NCBI GenBank assembly: GCA_011109175.1 | Contig: RDEW01000111.1 | Span: forward strand, 37,979 to 73,590 | DNA from: Dicyema japonicum | Taxonomy: Eukaryota > Animalia > Dicyemida | Direction: 5' to 3' | Length of the DNA: 35,612 nucleotides | In this document: positions 10,951-22,015 of the stretch, piece by piece | How the letters are laid out: each line of letters starts with the position of its first letter | How positions within the stretch are numbered: the first letter of the stretch is position 1 | Translations under genes and position numbers: made by a program | Notes under the pieces: generated by a model | Seen by the model: the letters and a program-made list of their open reading frames with translations, nothing else | What the model was told of the DNA's origin: nothing | Database searches by the model: none

Positions 10951-12064
10951 CAGGTCAATTTGCGCGAAAATAAAATTTTAAGTGAATCTGAAGATAGGCT
11001 ACACACATTGACACTTCAGAAGTTGACTCACAATAACCAATCCTTTTGTTGTCTATCTGGAAGCTGCTCTTCGTAATCTGAGAGCTAAAAATTGTCCTAC
11101 TTTTATCTAGGAACTAAGATATGCGTATGACCTGGATTTTGTTTTAGAAGAATGATGATAGCTAATTCTTTTTTAGACAAGAGTACTGCAGGGTAAATGA
11201 AATTATTTTTTTTCAGACAAGAGTACTGCAAAGTAATTTAATTGGTCTAATTTTGGAGGATTAGACGTGAAATTAACACAAAGCAGTATGAAGTAGTTAG
11301 CCTGAGTATGATAAGAGAATCTTTTGCCTTTTTTAGAATTAAATAGATGATATTGTTCCAAGTAACGAATGACCAACATTCGCTCTCTCGAATTGATTTT
11401 ATGTGAAATATTAAAAAATCGAATAAGGTAATCAATTAATGACAAAATATTTTTTTGTGCGATTTTGGCTACATATTGATCTATCAGGACTAAAAGATTT
11501 TCAACCTCGGATGATCTTTTTACTTGAAAGTAAAAATAGGTCATATTTCTCCTTGACCGTAAAATTAGGTCAACCGTTAAAGTAATTTTAAATATACATT
11601 TGATGACTATAGATGATATTAGTATTCTTAATATTATTCGCAACCAAATGTGGATGCCAGGTTTAGGTTTATTCTGACTTTACCACTTCTCTTATTTCTG
11701 GATCTGTGGACGATTAGAAGTAGATTTTCTGAATGATCTAATTGACCGAATTAATCTGAAATCACATTAAGATATGTTTTTGAAAAATAAAGAGTTCCTT
11801 GAGATTAATATGATACTGGAGGTCTTCTTCTAGACGACTAGAAATTAATCAACAAATGCTTGGTTGAATGTTTATCAATGTGGTAAAATTGGCAACGTTC
11901 TGACGACGAGGCAGTGAGAATAGCTACCTTGCTCCGTTTTGACCTTAATTTTGTGTTAATGAAAATGCTTCTGTGGACGCTGAATCGATGGTTATCAGTC
12001 TTTAAGCTGATTTATAGCTGGTCCCCGACATGAAATAACAACTTGACTTTAAAAAATGTTTCTT

Positions 12065-12175
12065 TCTTTGCGATGGCAACACCCCGAAGGGATAACGATA
12101 CTCCCATTCGCTAATGGTCGAAACATTGCTGCGGCGTTCACATGTTAAAAAATACTCTCCAACAAATTTGGCTGG
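12065..12175 (+). mobile_element. CRE-clade endonuclease fragment
   Basis: DG.HPEGITILPFANGRNIA..FTC resembles the DGKRPDG.T..PW..GR...WD.TC motif; frameshifted. Confidence 0.6.
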
Positions 12176-12289
12176 AATCCAGTTTATGACACCGAGGATC
12201 ATAAAACTAGACTTGTTCCACAAAGTTCAGCTGTAAAAAAACAGGAACTACTTGGCCCACGAGAAATCTTGAAATGCTTTATTTAAGAG

Positions 12290-12545
12290 ATGTAGCACTA
12301 TGCCTATCAGTTTAGAATTACTGGAATCCAGAAGGAAGCTTTTCGGACACGTGCTGAGGATTGAATTAACATCCCCACCTAACAAATCTATGGAAATATA
12401 CTATGTTAGTCAAGAAGGCTGCTATCGTCGAAGACCAAATACAACAATGCCAACAGTTTTACAAAAAAAAAAAACCTCTTTAAAATTAAAAGAAATTTAA
12501 AAACTGCGACGACCTTGAGACTATGGTCCACATAGATGGTGGCAA
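12290..12545 (+). mobile_element. RTE-clade LINE 3' fragment
   Basis: RRKLFGHVLRIELTSPPNKSMEIYY...RRRPNTTMP is the RTE ORF C-terminal motif. Confidence 0.7.
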
Positions 12546-12579
12546 CTCTGAAATAATGATTATATGTTGTGTTGTTTAT

Positions 12580-13060
12580 TAAATCGTGTCCTTGGAGATC
12601 GCATGAACGAGTTTCCTCAACTCTCCCCGATCCGTTGCAATTTGGAGTAGCCTTGATATAAGAATTCCCGTAACCTCCTCCACCGTGGATAGCTACCAAG
12701 TCTTTGGTCGGCCAGGTCTTCTCTTCCGAGTGATATTGCTCAGCATAATGGTTCTTTCAAGGGAATCAGAGCGGACAACATGCCCAAAAAACGCCATTCT
12801 GTGTTTTACGATTCTTCCTTCTAGCGAAATGTCCGTTTCCACCCGTTTGAGTACATCAATGTTTGTTAATTTAAAAGTCCAATGGATTCTTAGTAACCTC
12901 CTCCAGTACCACAGCTCAAAAGCATCAATTTTTCGTCTATCCACCTTTTTCAGTATCCATGATTCTGCGCGGAATAGGAAAACCGGTAACACGATTACAT
13001 TAACCAGTCTGCATTTGGTCCTTAAGCAAATATCTTAGGTCATCCTTTGATTTCCAAAAA
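12580..13060 (-). mobile_element. RTE-BovB-like LINE, 3' end of the ORF
   Basis: TKCRLVNVIVLPVFLFRAESWILKKVDRRKIDAFELWYWRRLLRIHW...FFGHVVR...RRPGRPKTW*. Confidence 0.88.
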
Positions 13061-14699
13061 TGCCTGAGTTCTTTGCATTTACAAACAAATTGGAGAAATT
13101 TCCAGAGTTTCGAAGGTCGAATTAGAGGAGAGTCCAAATTATGACGTATAGGAAATCCAAAGTTGTTAGCCGTTGTATTAGTATTGTATTAGTCTTCCAA
13201 ATGTAATTTATTTATAAAAAAAAAATAAATTTGTGTCAGATAAAAACACTTTATTAACTGCGATTAGAAAATAACAAACCTCACAAGGCAAGAAAAATAT
13301 CAAGATGCTGAATTTATTTAATTTTAATATTACTTTTAATATATATTATTAAATTAATTTTAAACTTTCACCTACGATAAATCAGTTTTTAATTCAAAAT
13401 TTATATAGTTGAACATTCTCCAACCTAACTGTTTGACTCTTGTCTTTCTTTCTCGCTGTTCCCAGGGTTATTAAAATAAATAAATAAATTGTTTTGAATA
13501 AATAAAATTTTTTGTTTTTAAATAAATGAGCTTCCTATAGTTTTAACTATCGGAACTCTGGGACCGTTAGCTTTTGGCTGTAATGTTCTGTTTCTTTCAC
13601 TCGAAGGTATCGGGGGTAACTGAATGAATAGCCTTTACTAAGTGAAGTTATTATAGTTCCCTGGTAAGAGTAAAAATATTGCTTGTCTGTGGTTTTTTAA
13701 ACTTCTGGTCTAACATCTTAAGGAATCGGGAGACATCTGAAACCAGATGTTTTTGAAATAAGAAACTATGGGATCCACTAATGACTGGATTTGAATCCCA
13801 TCTGGACAAAATTAGATTACCTTGAGAAGGTCTGCTTTAAGGATGAACAGGAGAACTATTGGTTATTTGTTCCTGCTATAATAATGTGCTTTCGCCAGGA
13901 TATTTAAAAGAGATCATATCGCCTTAAATTGACGATTTAAAGTTACAATTAATAATTCGTACCTAATGACGTAACTTCCATGGAAGAGGAATGTGCGAAA
14001 TGTATGCATCGTTTTATGATAGAAGCAGTCTTCCTTCATTTCGTTGCATGCAAAAAATTATCAAGTCATGAAACAGCGGAAATATGAAGTTTTGAATTTA
14101 ATAAGAATCGGATGTACTATCGTTAGGATTCGAAAATAAAAGGAATTTGGACACAACTGATCCCTCCGAAACAGCTTATGTGGGATAATACTTATATTAT
14201 GGTATTAAATGATTGAAATATAACGTTTTGGGTGTTAATACTCAAAATCACTTATTCCTCCACAAGGCTCTTTCTTCAAATTTTGTGACAGACGAGATTC
14301 GAATCCAGAGCACAGTGTATCCTTTGAAACTTCGTATATCCGCTGTCTACTGAGTCTATCATTTTGTCCATTCAGTCGGAAACGATAACGAAATGTCACA
14401 TTCACTACAAAGGGATTAAGGCAAAATACGACCATTAAGAATCTCAACTGGAATAGAATATTGGATGAGGGTGAAGTCGAAATAGCCAACGTGTTAAAAG
14501 TACATAATAGGATTTAATCAAAGACACACAGGACTATCAATATTCTGGATTTTTCAATGAACGGTTGATGCATTCAATCGTGTAAAGCCCATGATAACTA
14601 GAATTAGAAATTAATTAGAAATTCAATTAAAAAGCCAAATAAAAGCTTTAATTTTACTATTTAATTATAGTATTTAATTACTTATTTATTTTTTATTTT

Positions 14700-15510
14700 A
14701 AACACGTGTCTACCATTAAGAAAAAAACTGTTCACGTGGTCAAGAAAAGTTTTAAATATCAAAGTTGAACCTAAAAATCTGTTTTAAAGTTTAATTATAA
14801 CTTTCTATTTAATTAATATATTCTAGGCACGCGTCTAAGCTAGGAAACTTAAAAATTTAGACACTCAAAAAATTACCCACGTGGTCAGACCCAGGTGGTC
14901 AAGACATGTGGGTACTCCAAATAAATCGGGGCTCATTTTCTATTGAAATAATTAAACCAAATTAACAAATAAGCTTATTAAATCAATTTAAAAAATAGCT
15001 TTTTAATTTCTAAAACCAAATTATTAAGTGTTATTTTGGGCTTAAAACAAGCACTTTTTCTGGTCCCCGAATAGATACAGATTCTCCGGGATTTGTCCCC
15101 ACTTGCCCTAACTTTTTTCGGGTACGCACTTGCATATTTGTTGCCCCTTTAAAATTGGCAAACTTGTCTTGACTTTAGGTCCCCCAGGGATCACAAATGA
15201 AGACTTTGAGTTTCGGGAAATTTCGATTAATATTACTCCTGTCAAGTGGCGTGACCATTAATGCTAATTTCAAAAACTTTCAACTTTAATCATTTCTAGG
15301 TATTAATACAAGAACCCAGAGATCCCTTAGATGGAAGACAATGTGAGACAGCCCACGTGGGTAAAAAATCAAAATTAATTTTTTAAACTGTTTATTTAAA
15401 CACTTTTCTGCTTACAAATGCAATAATAAACTACTTATTTCAAGTCTCCTAAGCACTTTGAATTGAAATAAAAGTGTCCCACAAAAAACTAAAAAGCACG
15501 TGGTCAAAAA
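14700..15510. repeat. Non-coding repeat/MITE-like region with recurrent CACGTGGTCA motifs
   Basis: CACGTG(G) occurs at about 14703, 14733, 14878, 15354 and 15497, with variants at about 14828 and 14892. The internal part is homologous to 6730-7145. Confidence 0.55.
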
Positions 15511-17269
15511 ACTTTTTCAAAAGTGAGATATAATATAACTAAAATTCATTATAATTGTAATTAATACTAAAGATACAGTCTGGTTACAATCGGTTACTTC
15601 TAGAGGAAGTTTTGGTCGAAAATGTGGACCTTTTATTGGGGGTAACTGACAAATGCATGTACTCTGAGGTGTTTAATAAGTTATACAGCATTTTAAATAA
15701 TGTAAATAAGCTGAATTAGCTTTATAAAGATTGTAAGTAATATCAAGTCAGTCCCAAGACCTTCAAAATCTTGAGTAATTTGCTTAACATAGTCGATGAT
15801 CCATGTCCAAATAATCGAAATTGCTTTTCTAGGGGACCAGATCTCCCAAACTACGGGACGGATCAAGCTAATTTTTTTGAGGAACTATATTCTAAAAAGA
15901 GAATAAGGGTTTTGAATTTTTTGGGAGATCGGACCCAGCTAGTGGGAGATACAAGAACTTTTGTGATGGTTTAGATTTCATTCCGATATTAAAGAAATCT
16001 TGACTAAATTTAATATGCGAAATTTATCAACTTTACTAAAGTAAAACACATTTGATAATTTTTTTGGGATTCATTCACTTTTTTCACATTGTTAGTGAGA
16101 TCCACATTTGATAATTTTTTGTGGGGATCAATAATAGAGAAATCAATTTGACCACCTTATATCCCCACAATAGCAGATTGGAAGAAAAAGGCTGAATTAC
16201 TGTTAGAGTCAATGTGGGGGAGAAATTGTATTAAAAAGTTTCAGAGGTTTTTGTGCAAAACACAGAGAATTAGCTGATGACTTAGGATATAGAATGGATA
16301 TAGAATGCCTCATAGTGATCTCTAGAATCCTCTTATAATCAAAAAAGTCAGTTTTGACGAAAATTGAAATCAAAGTTCGTTTGATATAAAACAGAATTTA
16401 GTAGTCGATCACTAATTTGAAAGGTTATACGAGGAGATTAAGAAAACAAGAGACTTTTCTATATATTTTGTGACCGCAAATTTGTAGAAAATTCATAAAA
16501 CTAAAAGAAACTGGGGGAATTATGGACGTATGGAGATATTCTTGATAAGTGGGATCCGGTATTGATTTTGACAGAATACATTAAACAAAAAAATTTATAG
16601 ATTGACTTCTTCTGACAAGTGGAGACAAGGCGGGAAAAATCACAACAAAATTTTTCAAAAATTTTAAATTTAATCGATTATGACTATTTTTAAAACTAAC
16701 TAACCGATTCGTAGATGGGAAGACAAATTCCTCCACTTTGGTGAAAAAGACAGAAACCCTCTTTCCTGTCTCTACCTCAGTTAAAGGAAAGAAAGTCTGC
16801 TCCTAAGTTCTCTTCTCCAATAGATTTCCTGTGTAAGCACAGAAGAAGGTGCTTCCGGGAATCGGTTGATGCAATAGAAGACCATGAACGTAAGGTGCGC
16901 TGCTAATGGCGGGAACTGAAATTAGCCACTAATTGAGCACATTTTGTATCTCTCAGTGACCCTGGCATTAATATGAACTTTGAGGATTTTGTTGTACAAT
17001 GAACCAAATCCTCACAGTTCTGAAAGTCTTACTCGACTTTCACTTATTTGTAACGCAGACTACTCAGTAGTTAATTGGTCAGAGGGTCGAGCTGGTGACG
17101 TAGCTATGGTTCACTATGCTTAACTCTAATTCACTTAAAGTTTTTATCTTTTCAAATAAGTTCACTCTCGGTTGAAATTCTTAAATAGGATAACTCAGGG
17201 ATTTTATGTGGGTCATTTGGTCGGGGAGAAGTGAACAGACCCAACCTCTCTCACTGAACGACTACAAAA

Positions 17270-18245
17270 TACAATAAAACCTTTCAAATCCACCAAATTT
17301 GGGACCTGGGAAATTAGGCGGATTCGAGAGGCAAAGTTGAATTTTTTTATAAATTGATAAAATGCATTTTTTTTAATTTTAAAGACTAGTTAAAAGATGA
17401 AAACATTAATTTCCTTTAAAATAATAGTTATTCTTGTTTTAATGTTCGTTCTGATGTTTCTACTAACATCATCAAGGAGATTGAAGACATTTAAGTTAAC
17501 TTCATCCTTCTGTTTAAAGTACTTCCTCAATGTATAGACTGCATTCATTGCATCATAGTCTGAAACGACTTGTTCATTCTTTTGTTCTCCATCATTAATG
17601 CATTCTTTGTCTTCATCATTTTCATCCAAATTTTCCATAATAAATAGCCGCGTGGCGCCATGAGGTGCTGCGTGGTTAATTGGTTGAAGTTTTCTGTTTG
17701 CTTGTCTGTTCCTCCTTTCTCGACCTATTATAGTGGCGTCATGTGATCCACCTGTCTAGGTGACGCCCAGTGCCAGGCCGGCACGAAAAAGGATTATTTG
17801 CTCTCCCCCACTCCACTGGAGGGGTTTCCACAACTGCATGTAATGGACGTCTTACCCTTTATGCTGATTCCGGATGGACTCTCTGTAGAAGTGGAAACTG
17901 GATACACTTAATTAGTTGTTTAATTTAACTTCTTTCTCGGTGTATCCGGGGTTAATAAATTAAATCCAAATTTTCCAGGATCTCTTCATTCTATGTATAT
18001 TCATAAAGAAGAAACTCATCTTCTGGAATTGGATCATTTATTTGCAGTCTTGACACGAAATCTTGATAAATTTCAGACAAAAACTCGTCATTAATTTCTT
18101 CAATAAAATCTTGAGTCCATTTAGCATTCCGAAAACAGTTTATTATTTTTGTACAATTTAGGTTTTTCTACGCTTGATAGGTATAAATTATAGCATCCTT
18201 AAAGCTTATTTTTTTACATGCCTCAGTTATGATTTTCCGAGTTCA
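17270..18245 (-). mobile_element. Tigger/pogo DNA transposon 3' portion (DDE C-terminus plus TIR), interrupted by a retro-insertion
   Basis: KISFKDAIIYTYQA*KNLNCTKIINCFRNAKW...EILENLD continues after the insertion as ENLDENDEDKE...DAMNAVYTLRKYF. A TA + CAATAAAACCTTTC TIR-like end lies at 17270. Confidence 0.8.
17638..17963 (+). mobile_element. 326-bp SINE-like or internally deleted retroelement with a 14-bp TSD
   Basis: A perfect direct repeat ATCCAAATTTTCCA lies at 17624-17637 and 17964-17977. The interior is GC-rich and hairpin-rich. The 3' end has a hairpin GGATACAC...GTGTATCC followed by a GGGGTTAATAAA tail. Confidence 0.85.
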
Positions 18246-18296
18246 ATTTTTTAAATTAAAAAAATAAAATAATAAGAAAATGAAAAAAAATATTTA

Positions 18297-18362
18297 TACA
18301 GTCCGACCCCGAATTGGGGCAGACCCCAGGGGTGGGGCACCCCCGCATTTTGGGGCATTTTT
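18297..18362. mobile_element. Tc1/pogo-type terminal inverted repeat end (TA-CAGT...)
   Basis: TACAGTCCGACCCC... forms a GC-rich terminal island in AT-rich DNA. No partner end was identified. Confidence 0.4.
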
Positions 18363-18584
18363 TTGGCCAACATTTTGGCAGAGTAAAATGGAAAATCAAT
18401 AAAAAATATGGAAATTTTGCGGCACTATAAAATTCTGGGGAATGAAATTATAAGTAAATAAAATTATATTTTATTAATAAATATGTAATTTTAATTTACA
18501 CGTTTATTTACATTTTAATTTTGTGATGAGTGTAGTAATTACCATCACATTTGAAGCGATGAATACGAAGTTGAATTTCATGAC

Positions 18585-18663
18585 TCGGTGTATAAGTCGA
18601 GGTCGACTTTTTAGGTCTATTTTTGATCGAAAAAAGTCAACTTATACACAGGAAAATACGGTA
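18585..18663. mobile_element. pogo/Tc2-type TIR end
   Basis: The reverse complement begins TA-CCGTATTTTCCTGTGTATAAG, with an internal GTGTATAAGTCGA...TCAACTTATACAC palindrome typical of these ends. Confidence 0.6.
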
Positions 18664-20419
18664 GTTGAAAGACACTAATCCGATCATTTATTTTCAAAAA
18701 GCGATATAATCCAAAAAGTAGATAGATCCTTGTGCACAGTAAACCCTGTCCATAGAATTTGCAGTCCGATGGGAGTTGGAATACTCTATAGTTTTTAAAA
18801 TGTTCTTCAAGTTCTCTTCTGATTTATCTCTCTTTGAATCAGGGATATTTGTCAAGGTCCAGAAATAGCTGGTGCCTCTTCGATTAGTCATTAAAACCCC
18901 TGGCGTTTAAGGTGAGGGTAGAAAATCAAGAATCATTAAAACACGCATTCGATGTGAGTGCAAGAGACGGACGTCACCGACTCAACCAAAAAACTATAAT
19001 AAAAAGATTAAAAACTTCATTAATAAATACCCACAAATCCTCAACTTTATATTAAATATTTTATTTAAACTTGTTAGCAAAACTTGAAATGGCGCACTGT
19101 TTGAGTACCAGACAGAATTGAAATACTTCTTTCTTAGAATCTTACTGCTACCCATTCCAGCTAAAAATTCAATGCACCTACGTTGTTTCTTGGCTTGACA
19201 AGTGTCGCTGTTATCAATGATAACTCACTATGGAAAACTCGATAATCGGTAGAAAAATTTTTTTATATAGAAGTTCCAACGATGGGAGGGAAGTTACTTG
19301 AGATTGTGTAATAGTGTAGAGAATTCCAATTTTCTTGTAGATCTTCGATAATTATTGTAATTAATTTTTTTAATTTTAATTAATTAAAAAAAAACATTTT
19401 TTTTAATTTGAATAAACACCGGGTAAATAATTTGTTAAGTAGTTGAAAGCTCATTACCAGAAGTTAGAATTACACATATTTAGAATATCCCTGATTGTAT
19501 TAGTAACATTAATATTTAGGTAAACCTCTTTAATCATTGATTGAACTATTGGATAAAAAGAATGCTGAACCAATTGATGATCTATTTTTTGCGTTATATA
19601 GTGAAATATATGAATGGAATAATGAATGATAACACAGATAATGATACTTTTGTAAGTCCTTTAAATCAAATATGTCTCCATGGAGTGGAGAAAAGGTTAA
19701 TGGAGGTAATTTTAATATATTTGAACGCAGATACCAATGGAGATTATAATGCCATTATACATCGCTTGGGAGTATATTAATGATGATAACAAAGGATGCC
19801 TGTGTGCCTAATATGTTTGAATACTACTACTGCGGACGGAATTTCACCTGAGGTAAGACATGAGGTGTCGGTATGTTGTCTACACTCATTTCTCAAAAAA
19901 TAAAAGCAATGAAATGCCTTCGTTCGAATTATGAATGTTTTATTATAATTTTTAGCATAAATGTCATTAACATTTTTGATTTACTATGTGGCTGTGTGTG
20001 GTCATTCTTTAACATGTGGAAGTGCAATTGAGTGCGATGGAAGTAGTTGTGGTCATTTATTCGAAAAATGATGTATCTTCCTTTATTCAGCAGGATATTG
20101 AGTCTGGTCTCAGTACACTTACTTTTTTGGAGGGGATGCCATTAAAATGATATATGCTTTTGTTATTCAGATATTTCAGTTTCAATTGTCATTGATCATG
20201 CCTTCAATTTGTTTTGCTTTAAATGTACTGCTGTTATAATTTTAGGTCACTATCAAACTCTATTTTCTATAACTGGACATTTGACTTATTAACAGCCAGT
20301 TTCAAATCAGAATGGTCTGCAGCAGATTTATTACTATGGCTTGTTCTTCCCCATTTGTTTTAGTTGTTTTTTTGTATTTTAGGTGACATTGTTTTTTAAA
20401 TTATAATTGCAAATTAGAC

Positions 20420-20610
20420 TTCACTCNCTCACTTTTCTCTCTGCTCGTCTTGGACATTCCTTTATTATTTCAAACTACTCTCGTTATTTATACCTTCCAA
20501 ACGGAGTTCCTCAAAGTTCGGTCATTATTACAAGTTTTCTAAAAACCACACAACTGACCACCTACACTTGGAATCAAAAATTCTCCCACCGGGGGTTAAT
20601 AAATAAACAG
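20420..20610 (+). mobile_element. I/Jockey-like LINE RT fragment joined to a 3' tail
   Basis: FLSARLGHS...LYLPNGVPQSSVI resembles the GVPQGS motif. The piece ends GGGGGTTAATAAATAAA. Confidence 0.55.
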
Positions 20611-20764
20611 TTCACTAATGTTGTGGTGGTGTTATACATCAGATATTAAACAGTACCTTTTTTCTTGAAACGTGGATGGTGTCGTATTTTTTCTTACTTC
20701 AGGGAACGTCAAACCCAATCCAGGACAGGCCTTGACTATCAGCTAAATTAATATAAATGATATT

Positions 20765-20940
20765 TTTATTAAAATTACTGAACTACGGCGTTTTATTATG
20801 GTGGATATTGCGTTATTTCAAGAAACGAAACTCTTCCAAAAACCTAACCCCAACTTTCTCCGGATAATCAGTGTTTAGCAGAGACCGAAGACTCGGAAGA
20901 GGTAGAGGCCTCCTTACCATCGTAAGAAGTCAGATCTAAC
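20765..20940 (+). mobile_element. LINE AP-endonuclease fragment
   Basis: KITELRRFIMVDIALFQETKL...RDRRLGRGRGLLTIVRSQI contains the QET and RDR..GGG motifs. Confidence 0.75.
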
Positions 20941-21059
20941 TCGATAATTTATCGGATAAAATTTCAACTTGTTTCCTCCTCTAAGATCCTTTCGAACAGC
21001 AATTGAGATACGTCTCTTCTCTTTCAGAATGACAATAATCAATATTCACAAGCAGTTAG

Positions 21060-21420
21060 AAATCCCTTTGATTTCAAGAAACTCCTCTCAATTTTATAAA
21101 TGGAGTTTCATTTATATCGAATGAATATGCAAACGTTCTTTTAATGAATTTTTACTGTTTTTAGTTGATTGAAAAATTTATTGTCAAAGTTTGGTTAAAC
21201 CTTTCTATGATCCCATAAAACGAATAAACTATTATTTCATTAATCGCGATTGAGGATGATTTGGTATTGCATAAAAGCATATGTTGAATATTTATGCGCC
21301 AAAATATATTATATAATTCCGACATGAGTAAAAATTATTAAAGTCACATTAAGTATGGCATCTGACTGCGATTGAAAGCTGACATGTAACCAGCATAGAA
21401 CTCGTAACCACCATGTGACA
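21060..21420 (-). mobile_element. Decayed, internally deleted Ginger relic with one TIR
   Basis: The minus strand starts TGTCACATGG at 21420, the same as the intact TIR. Peptides PNHPQS...GIIERFNQTL...NETPF match the integrase at 22.7-23.0 kb. Confidence 0.65.
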
Positions 21421-21775
21421 GAATAGCTCTAATAATTTGCAAATATGTACTAAGCTTACTGTAGTTATTGAGTTTTTGTTTTCCATAACTTTCCAGAGCA
21501 CGTGACATGGATATTCGAACAATTCAGTCTATCTGAGAAGCCGCATTAGAATACTAGTATCCAATTCGAATGTCATACTAGTATTAGATAATATAACAAC
21601 CGAATTCGTTATATATTCTGACATGTTTTATTCATTATAGTAGAATCAGTATTACAAACAATTCAAGCCATTTCCATACTAATTATTATTATTATGTCAC
21701 ATGGGCTGCGCGTAACGCATGGGCAGCCTGTTACATTTTTTCGACCTTGAAAAGGTCTTTTGATTATCCGACATT

Positions 21776-21874
21776 ATTATTATTACCCCAGGATCACTGG
21801 GTCAAAGAGAAAGAAATAAAAGTTCTCATCTAACTAAGTGATCCCAGACCGACAAAGAGGTGAGTCCCTCATTG
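21776..21874 (-). mobile_element. 5'-truncated retroposed 3' end with a (TAA)n tail, inserted in the Ginger left arm
   Basis: 14-bp TSD GATTATCCGACATT at 21762-21775 and 21875-21888. The sequence is near-identical to about 30445-30530. Confidence 0.88.
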
Positions 21875-22015
21875 GATTATCCGACATTTAATTTTATATA
21901 TCCGATTTATATCGTGATTTAATCCTGTTAAATTAGTTTTTTATTCATAAATGTTATGATTATAAAGATTTTTTTTTTATAGCGGTAAACCTATATTTCT
22001 AGCGTGATTTATAAC

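Noticed and set aside
11203-11643. The 146-aa minus-strand ORF (longest in the track) as a gene
   Set aside because: It has a non-ATG start, no recognisable motif and AT-driven composition. It may overlap a gene fragment, but I cannot support a call.
19420-20400. Possible adhesion-GPCR or other host-gene fragment
   Set aside because: It looks coding-like with intron-like spacers, but no motif was strong enough to assign by eye.
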